Positions 37,999-44,204 of a stretch of 44,204 nt of DNA are shown piece by piece; the stretch's first letter is position 1; each line of letters starts with the position of its first letter. The translations under genes and the position numbers were made by a program. The DNA is taken from positions 1 through 44,204 of the IMG/VR virus record IMGVR_UViG_3300035235_000230. One strand, 5' to 3'. The stretch is from a virus (lineage: Duplodnaviria > Caudoviricetes). The notes below the pieces were generated by a model. The model was given only the letters and a program-made list of their open reading frames with translations. It had not been told where the DNA came from and searched no databases.

Positions 37999-38907
37999 AT
38001 GGCTATCTCTCGCGCACAATTAGCGAAAGAGTTGGAACCCGGCCTTAACGCCTTGTTCGGACTTGAGTATGATCGTTATGAAAACGAACATGCCGAAATC
38101 TTTGAAGAAGAGTCTTCGGATCGTGCATTCGAAGAGGAAGTAATGCTCGGTGGTTTTTCCACAGCACCCATTAAAGCTGAAGGCGCGGCCATCAACTTTG
38201 ATGATGCACAGGAAACATATACTGCGCGTTACACACATGAGACAATTGCTCTTGCGTTCTCTATTACGGAAGAAGCAATTGAAGACAATCTTTATGATCG
38301 TCTCGCATCTCGTTACACAAAAGCTCTGGCTCGCTCTATGGCGCAGACAAAGCAAATCAAAGCGGCTTCTATCTTGAACAATGCGTTCAATACAGGTGCT
38401 AATGCGATTGGTGACGGAGCGGCTCTGTGTTCAAATGCTCATCCATCTTTATCGGGCAATCAGAACAACGTTCTTGCAACAGCGGCGGATTTAAATGAAA
38501 CGTCACTAGAGCAAATGTTGATTGATATTGCTGGGTTTACCGATGAGCGTGGTTTGAAAATTGCTGTACGCGGCATGAAACTGATTATTCCAAAAGAACT
38601 TCAGTTTATTGCGGAACGCGTTCTCAACTCAAACCTACGTCCCGGCACTGCCGACAATGACACTAACGCGATGCGCGGCATGGGAATGTTACCAGAAGGT
38701 GCTTCTGTAAACCACTTCCTTACAGACACTGACGCATTCTTCATCAAAACTGATGCTCCAAACGGTTTCAAATACTTTAACCGTTCGGCTATCAAGACTG
38801 CGATGGAAGGTGACTTTGATACAGGAAACATGCGTTTCAAGGCCCGTGAGCGTTATAGCTTCGGTGTTTCTGACTGGCGCTGTGTTTTTGGTACACCCGG
38901 AGCGTAA
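37999..38907 (+). CDS. Major capsid protein
   Basis: Strong AAGGAGG RBS, 302 aa, MAISRAQLAKELEPGLNALFG...KARERYSFG, followed by a terminator. Confidence 0.85.
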   Translation: MAISRAQLAKELEPGLNALFGLEYDRYENEHAEIFEEESSDRAFEEEVMLGGFSTAPIKAEGAAINFDDAQETYTARYTHETIALAFSITEEAIEDNLYDRLASRYTKALARSMAQTKQIKAASILNNAFNTGANAIGDGAALCSNAHPSLSGNQNNVLATAADLNETSLEQMLIDIAGFTDERGLKIAVRGMKLIIPKELQFIAERVLNSNLRPGTADNDTNAMRGMGMLPEGASVNHFLTDTDAFFIKTDAPNGFKYFNRSAIKTAMEGDFDTGNMRFKARERYSFGVSDWRCVFGTPGA

Positions 38908-38958
38908 AGTGTGTTATAAGAGGGGAGGATACTTCATTATTCTCCTCACTCTCGACTT

Positions 38959-38990
38959 AGGGGCAACTTCGGTTGCCCCTTTCTTTTTTT
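38959..38990 (+). terminator. Intrinsic terminator after the capsid gene
   Basis: AGGGGCAAC-TTCG-GTTGCCCCT followed by TTCTTTTTTT. Confidence 0.9.
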
Positions 38991-39063
38991 AAAAATTAAT
39001 GTATGATTTGTTTATCCCTGACAAACACGTGGTGTGTTTGACTAACCCAGACAGGAGATTGAC

Positions 39064-39546
39064 ATGGGTACTACTACTTTTTCAGGTCCGATTAAAGCGG
39101 GCACTATTAAGAATACTACGGGCACCTCTTTAGGTACTGATATTAAAAATACAGGCCAAGTTGTAATGGCTCAGTCGTTTACAACGGGTACAACACTGGC
39201 GGGAGGCGCGTCCGCTGCTAACGTCACAGACGTTGTTATTCCTGCAAAGTCTCAGATCATTGACTGCGTGATTGATTGTCCGACAGCAATGGGTAATGCT
39301 ACTTGTGTATTTAGTGTCGGAGATACAGTGGGCGGTAATGCCACCATAATTAATGGATTTTCAATTACGGTAGCTTCTGGTGCAGGTCGTAAATACCCAA
39401 CTACTGAAGCGGGCGGTGCTTTGACTTGGGCAGAGACTTCCAACACGGCTGATATTCGCCTTACCTTTACTACTACAGGCGCTACCGATGCAGGCGAGAT
39501 TCGCGTAACTGTATTATATCAACAAGCAAGTGATCTTGTTTCGTAA
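39064..39546 (+). CDS. Virion structural protein (160 aa)
   Basis: MGTTTFSGPIKAG start, T/G/A-rich, AGGAG RBS. Confidence 0.65.
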   Translation: MGTTTFSGPIKAGTIKNTTGTSLGTDIKNTGQVVMAQSFTTGTTLAGGASAANVTDVVIPAKSQIIDCVIDCPTAMGNATCVFSVGDTVGGNATIINGFSITVASGAGRKYPTTEAGGALTWAETSNTADIRLTFTTTGATDAGEIRVTVLYQQASDLVS

Positions 39547-39556
39547 GGAGTCTTAA

Positions 39557-39832
39557 ATGTCTAATTCGGACGTAAGAGCGAAACGGCTTGCGGGGGCAGG
39601 AGCGGCTTCTACTGGTCGTGCGCGTCTCCGTCAGGTTCAAGTTTTAACGGGCGGCGGCGCGGGAAGACTTACGTTAACAGACGGAAACGGCGGGGCGACC
39701 GTGGTTGATTTAGACTTTACACAATCTCAAACTCATTCGGTAAACATTCCGGACGAGGGGGTTTTGTTTACGTCGGATATCCATGTGAGCGTTGCAACTA
39801 ATGTCACGGCATTAACTATATTCTTTAGTTAG
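39557..39832 (+). CDS. Small virion structural protein
   Basis: AAGGAG RBS; IPDEGVLF motif. Confidence 0.65.
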   Translation: MSNSDVRAKRLAGAGAASTGRARLRQVQVLTGGGAGRLTLTDGNGGATVVDLDFTQSQTHSVNIPDEGVLFTSDIHVSVATNVTALTIFFS

Positions 39833-39840
39833 GGCTGATC

Positions 39841-40128
39841 ATGGCTTCTAAGCGCGACGACAAGATGCCTAAGCGCAATAAAAAGAATTTCCGCCCTACG
39901 AAAAAAGGGGCGGGAATGACAGAAGCTGGCGTAAAAGAATATAGAAAGAAAAACCCCGGTTCCAAGTTAAAAACAGCGGTAACGGGAAAAGTAAAAAAAG
40001 GCAGCAAGGATGCAAAGAGACGTAAATCTTTCTGCGCTCGTTCTGCGGGTCAAATGAAAAAGTTCCCTAAAGCGGCTAAAGATCCAAATAGTCGTTTACG
40101 GCAGGCTAGAAAGCGTTGGAAATGTTAG
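39841..40128 (+). CDS. Highly basic protein (DUF6321-like)
   Basis: K/R-rich; RRKSFCAR...ARKRWKC. Confidence 0.65.
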   Translation: MASKRDDKMPKRNKKNFRPTKKGAGMTEAGVKEYRKKNPGSKLKTAVTGKVKKGSKDAKRRKSFCARSAGQMKKFPKAAKDPNSRLRQARKRWKC

Positions 40129-40328
40129 AACGTCCGTTACTGATTATTGTTTTGTCTACAAGTTTAGGTCTTATTGGGGCGGTATCCTACGCGTGGGCGA
40201 GTTGGACAACAGAAACGCTTATATCTGTGGACAAGCGCACCGAAGTAATGGCAACTCAGATTGAATACATAAAATTAGAGATGGAGAAAGCCTATGGCGG
40301 CAATGTCCAAGCGTACAAAGCAGAATAA
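40116..40328 (+). CDS. Small N-terminally anchored membrane protein
   Basis: TM helix followed by a short coil; TTG start uncertain. Confidence 0.5.
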   Translation: MEMLERPLLIIVLSTSLGLIGAVSYAWASWTTETLISVDKRTEVMATQIEYIKLEMEKAYGGNVQAYKAE

Positions 40329-40524
40329 AACCCCCAAGGGTTTAACCTACTTTCGAAAAGGTGGGGAGGCTTCATCAAAAAGCAAAGGAAGTAAGATCTG
40401 TCCAAAAGGTAAGGCTTGGGCGAAGCGCACGTTTGATACATATCCATCCGCATACGCTAATATGGCTGCATCTAAATATTGTAAGGATCCGAATTATGCT
40501 AAGAAGTCTAAGGGAAAAGCTTAA
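40294..40524 (+). CDS. Basic protein
   Basis: GGAG RBS; KICPKGKAWAKR...YPSAYAN. Confidence 0.6.
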   Translation: MAAMSKRTKQNKTPKGLTYFRKGGEASSKSKGSKICPKGKAWAKRTFDTYPSAYANMAASKYCKDPNYAKKSKGKA

Positions 40525-40902
40525 ATGGGCGAGCTTAAAGAATGGCGTGAGCAAAACTGGGTTAGGGTTGATTCAAGCGGTAATATCGCGGGCAAATGCG
40601 GTACGTCTAAGGATAAAAAAAATCCTGACCGCTGTCTTCCTGCGTCCAAAGCAAGATCTCTCTCCAAAAGCGAAAGAAGAGCCACCGCTGCAAAGAAAAA
40701 ACGTGAAGGCGCAAAAGGCAAAACCGTCGTCAAAAACACAAAAGCCGCAGAAGTCCAAAACGCCAGATTCGGCGGCGAAATCTCGCACCAAAAAGCCAAA
40801 AGGAAAAGCCCGCGCCCGAAAAACGGAAAAGTAGTAGCAAGAGGATGTGGGAAAGTGCTTTCCAACCGACGTAAACTTACGTCGGGGTCAGTGAGTACGT
40901 GA
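40525..40902 (+). CDS. Basic protein (DUF5872-like)
   Basis: LKEWREQNWV...RCLPASKA, C-terminal ARGCGKV. Confidence 0.6.
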   Translation: MGELKEWREQNWVRVDSSGNIAGKCGTSKDKKNPDRCLPASKARSLSKSERRATAAKKKREGAKGKTVVKNTKAAEVQNARFGGEISHQKAKRKSPRPKNGKVVARGCGKVLSNRRKLTSGSVST

Positions 40903-41492
40903 TGCGAGTCGAGTTTTTTGAACCTAAGATTGAACAAGGAATTGTCCACGAAATACTTCAGTGGTCTAAGGACGTTTTAGAAACAAACAGTTCTTTTTTT
41001 GGAGGGTTGCCTCCGTGTCCTTATGCGCAAAAGGCTTGGGCAGACCACAAAGTATCTATAATGTTCAAGTACGAGCCAAGCTTTCAGGTTTTGTATACTT
41101 CCATCTCTCAGTTTGACGATAACTTTGAACTTAACATAATTGTGGATATGAATTATGAGCAAGATCCAGAAAATTTTCACGAATATTTGCATAATCTCAA
41201 TGGGGGCATTGCTGACGGGATGTTCATTGATAGAGATATTTGGTTAATGGGTTTTCACCCGGATGATGAGCCGAATGATTTTGTTGCGGAGCCCTCTGAG
41301 ACATTTGAGCCCGTTGTAGAACAAGAATATGCTATGATATTTGTACAACGGTTAAGTAAGTTGCAAGAAAGCGCAGACAAACTTGCAAAAAGAGGCTATT
41401 ATAAGCCTTACGAAGAAGATTACAACGCTAAGGAACTGTTTGAACACAGACACCAACTGTATAGGAGACTTAAAGATGGCAATGCGTCCTAA
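40899..41492 (+). CDS. DUF1415-like protein
   Basis: PCPYA, GFHP and MIFVQR motifs. Confidence 0.55.
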   Translation: MMRVEFFEPKIEQGIVHEILQWSKDVLETNSSFFGGLPPCPYAQKAWADHKVSIMFKYEPSFQVLYTSISQFDDNFELNIIVDMNYEQDPENFHEYLHNLNGGIADGMFIDRDIWLMGFHPDDEPNDFVAEPSETFEPVVEQEYAMIFVQRLSKLQESADKLAKRGYYKPYEEDYNAKELFEHRHQLYRRLKDGNAS

Positions 41493-41613
41493 GAAGAAAA
41501 TGCGGGCTGGCGGCATGGTTAAGAAGATGCGCGGCGGTGGAATGGTTAAGAAGATGCGCGGCGGTGGAATGGTTAAGAAGATGCGCAAAGGCGGAATGGT
41601 AAAGAAGAAGTAA
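41476..41613 (+). CDS. 45-aa basic peptide built from MRxGGMVKK repeats
   Basis: AGGAG RBS and ATG 41476; encoded by a 27-nt tandem repeat. Confidence 0.65.
   Translation: MAMRPKKKMRAGGMVKKMRGGGMVKKMRGGGMVKKMRKGGMVKKK
41515..41595 (+). repeat. 27-nt tandem repeat
   Basis: ATGGTTAAGAAGATGCGCGGCGGTGGA at 41515 and 41542, with a variant copy at 41569. Confidence 0.9.
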
Positions 41614-41614
41614 A

Positions 41615-42283
41615 ATGGCTGTATCTGGAAGCACCGATTTTGAGCTTGACGTAGCCGAATACGTTGAAGAAGCCTTTGAGCGCTGTGGGCTTGAGGTTCG
41701 TACTGGTTACGATCTTAAAACCGCTAAACGTTCTTTGAACCTGTTGCTTGCAGATTGGGCAAATCGTGGGTTAAACCAGTGGACTATCAAACAACGCTCT
41801 GTAACGTTGGTTGTTGGCGACGGTGAATACGACTTAGGAACGGACGTCATCGACGTTCTTTCCGTAGTAGTTCGTAGGGACGGGACCGATTACTCTCTTG
41901 AACGTTTAAGTCGTGATGAGTTTCTCAACATTCCTACAAAAACAACACAGGGACGACCTAATCAGTTTTTCTTAGATCGACAGCTTACGCCAAATTTAAA
42001 GATTTGGCCCACCCCTGAAAACACCACCGATTTAGTAATTTTTGACGCCTTAACACGCATAGATGATGCGGATGTATATACCAACACAATGGATTTACCG
42101 TTTCGTTTTTATCCTTGTTTGGCGGCAGGTCTGGCATATTATATTGCGTTAAAAAGAGCGCCCAACAGAGTGCAACTGTTAAAAGCAGTTTATGAAGAAG
42201 AGTTTGAACGCGCAGCAACGGAAGACCGGGACCGTTCTTCCTTTAATGTTGTTCCAAGACATGAATACTCAAGAGCAGGATAA
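41615..42283 (+). CDS. Head-tail adaptor / tail tubular protein-like
   Basis: EEAFERCG, WANRGLNQW and IWPTP motifs; position after the head genes. Confidence 0.6.
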   Translation: MAVSGSTDFELDVAEYVEEAFERCGLEVRTGYDLKTAKRSLNLLLADWANRGLNQWTIKQRSVTLVVGDGEYDLGTDVIDVLSVVVRRDGTDYSLERLSRDEFLNIPTKTTQGRPNQFFLDRQLTPNLKIWPTPENTTDLVIFDALTRIDDADVYTNTMDLPFRFYPCLAAGLAYYIALKRAPNRVQLLKAVYEEEFERAATEDRDRSSFNVVPRHEYSRAG

Positions 42284-42612
42284 TGGCTAAGTTTGCTTCA
42301 GGAAAACACGCTTTTGCAATTTCTGATCGTAGTGGTCAGAGGTATCTTTATCGTGACATGAAGCGCGAGTGGAATGGCTTGCTGGTAGGACCGGACGAGT
42401 ATGAACCCAAGCATCCTCAATTAGGGCCTTTTCGTAAGGTAAGTGATCCCCAAGCACTTAGAAATGCTCGTCCAGAACCGAATCTTGTGCAAGAAAGAGC
42501 CGTTCAGCATGGCTTTGATCCTGTTGGTTTTGCGGATATACCGGGCCTTTCTCCCACCAATCTTTTGTCCCCAGAGGGTTTAGTGGGAACAGTTACAGTG
42601 GTGATAACATGA
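42283..42612 (+). CDS. Conserved neck-region protein
   Basis: AISDRSG...EPKHPQ...DPQALRNARP. Confidence 0.6.
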   Translation: MAKFASGKHAFAISDRSGQRYLYRDMKREWNGLLVGPDEYEPKHPQLGPFRKVSDPQALRNARPEPNLVQERAVQHGFDPVGFADIPGLSPTNLLSPEGLVGTVTVVIT

Positions 42613-43286
42613 GCTTTACATATGCGCAGTTGCGAACAGCAATATCAGATTTTACAGAAAACGCTGAATTGACGGATCCTAGCGACGCGTCAAGCTTGAC
42701 TGATTTTGGAAGAAATATTCCTATATTTATAAGATCTGCGGAAGAAAGAATTTTGAAGTCAGTTCAACTAGATTTTTTTCGTAAGAATGCGACGGGAACG
42801 GCATCTCAAAATGGAAAGTATGTAGCGCAACCTACTGATTTTTTGGCACCTTTTTCTTTTAGTTATGTGTCCAACAATGACTATGAGTTCTTAGAGTTTA
42901 AGGATGTGAGTTTTATTCAATCGTACACCCCCAACCCTGCGACAACGGGGCTACCCAAATATTATTCTGTTTTTGATAGCAGCAACTTTATTCTAGCCCC
43001 TACGCCAAATGCTAACCTTTCCGTTGAAATTCATTACTTTTATCGGCCTGCAAGTATTACCGCGGGTGCGGACAGTGGCACGACTTGGCTGAGTGAAAAC
43101 GCTGAATTAAGTTTGTTGTACGGTGCTTTAATAGAAGCTTACGTGTTTATGAAAGGTGAGCAAGATGTTATGGCCATGTATGACAAGAGGTATCAAGAAA
43201 GTTTAATCGGTTTAAAATTGTTGGGCGAATCTAAAGAAACAACGCAGGATTATCGTGTGGGACGCGTTATTCTTCCAAAGCAATAA
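42609..43286 (+). CDS. Head-tail adaptor-like protein
   Basis: FIRSAEERI, GLPKYY, LAPTP and LLYGALIEA motifs. Confidence 0.6.
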   Translation: MSFTYAQLRTAISDFTENAELTDPSDASSLTDFGRNIPIFIRSAEERILKSVQLDFFRKNATGTASQNGKYVAQPTDFLAPFSFSYVSNNDYEFLEFKDVSFIQSYTPNPATTGLPKYYSVFDSSNFILAPTPNANLSVEIHYFYRPASITAGADSGTTWLSENAELSLLYGALIEAYVFMKGEQDVMAMYDKRYQESLIGLKLLGESKETTQDYRVGRVILPKQ

Positions 43287-43295
43287 GAGGATACA

Positions 43296-43730
43296 ATGGC
43301 TATAATTCAAACAACATGCACCTCTTTTAAGGTAGAGCTTCTAAAGGCAGAACATGACTTTGACACGGCTACCTTTAAGATTGCCTTGTATTCAAGCGCG
43401 GCTTCTCTGGGAGCGGATACAACCGCATATAGCACATCGAACGAAATAACGAATACGTCAGGATCGGCGTATACGGCTGGGGGAAAGAATTTAACAGTAA
43501 CGGCGACTTTTCCAAAGTCCGCGGACACCACCGCTATGGTAGATTTTGGCAATGTAACTTGGGCTAATGCGACTTTCACAGCGCGGGGGGCCTTAATCTA
43601 CAACTCAAGTGCTTCCAATAAAGCGGTAGCTGTGTTAGATTTTGGGTCAGATAGGGTCGCTAATAACTCTAGTTTTGAAGTAAAGTTCCCCACAGCGGAT
43701 GCTACATCTGCTATAATTAGGATAGCATAG
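43296..43730 (+). CDS. Tail-associated structural protein
   Basis: FKIALY...YTAGG...ARGALIYN...VLDFG. Confidence 0.65.
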   Translation: MAIIQTTCTSFKVELLKAEHDFDTATFKIALYSSAASLGADTTAYSTSNEITNTSGSAYTAGGKNLTVTATFPKSADTTAMVDFGNVTWANATFTARGALIYNSSASNKAVAVLDFGSDRVANNSSFEVKFPTADATSAIIRIA

Positions 43731-43740
43731 GAGATATATC

Positions 43741-44178
43741 ATGGCATCCTTCGTTAAAATAAATGACTTCGTTGCAAACGCAGTGGAGAATATGGATTTG
43801 GAAAGTGATCAGCTTGCGATTGCTCTTTCCAATACAGCGCCGGGTTCTGAAAGCTCTAACCCAACTGCGGATACTAATGGAATATTGGGCAATGTAACCC
43901 AAATTAGTTACAGCAACTTGTCTTCAAGAAATCTTACTACAACTTCATCTGGACAATCAGGTGGTGTTTATAAGCTTGTTCTTGCAGATTTAACACTTAC
44001 TGCATCAGGCGGTAGTGTTGCGGCGTTTCGTTACATCTATATTTATAATGACACTGTAACATCGCCAGCAGATCCTCTTATTGGTTATTATGACTATGGC
44101 TCAAGCTTGACGCTGAACGATGGCGATACGTTTACCATCGACTTTAGCCCATCAAACGGTGTTATTCAGCTAACCTAA
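43741..44178 (+). CDS. Tail-associated structural protein, distantly similar to the preceding gene
   Basis: LAIALSN...FRYIYIYND...LIGYYDYG; AGGAG RBS. Confidence 0.65.
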   Translation: MASFVKINDFVANAVENMDLESDQLAIALSNTAPGSESSNPTADTNGILGNVTQISYSNLSSRNLTTTSSGQSGGVYKLVLADLTLTASGGSVAAFRYIYIYNDTVTSPADPLIGYYDYGSSLTLNDGDTFTIDFSPSNGVIQLT

Positions 44179-44204
44179 TTAGGAGTAGCTTATGCCTGTT
44201 TTAA

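Noticed and set aside
1-44204. tRNA, rRNA, integrase, transposase or reverse transcriptase genes; many short antisense ORFs
   Set aside because: No such motifs were recognised. The antisense ORFs are shadows of long + strand genes.

Overview
The window is most of the genome of a tailed dsDNA phage, probably podovirus-like and from a marine proteobacterial host (inferred from gene content and order, not from a search). Nearly all genes are on the + strand. In order: internal virion/ejection proteins (1-11 kb); a reverse-strand SNF2 helicase; a replication module with SSB-like protein, AEP primase, UvrD-like helicase and family A DNA polymerase (12.5-19.4 kb); an accessory/early region (19.5-28.7 kb) that also holds TerS and a candidate origin; then TerL, portal, lysis genes, GroES, scaffold, major capsid and head-tail genes (29-44 kb). 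The standout is at 20.1-21.8 kb. A solitary 186-aa Cas7/RAMP-like gene is followed immediately by a ~700-nt non-coding array of 8 units, each built from 11-18 in-register pentamers (a CGC/CTC-type triplet plus a variable dinucleotide). The units are separated by a constant CAACGATTTGTT linker, and a small winged-helix-like gene follows. This looks like a phage RNA-guided system with a non-contiguous guide code rather than a CRISPR array. Other signals: an operator motif shared by about ten promoters with an unannotated ribbon-helix-helix gene as candidate regulator, a recurring GG peptide motif in virion proteins, a Tat-like/ParB/transglycosylase fusion, and a strand-skew switch. All product calls come from motif recognition by eye.
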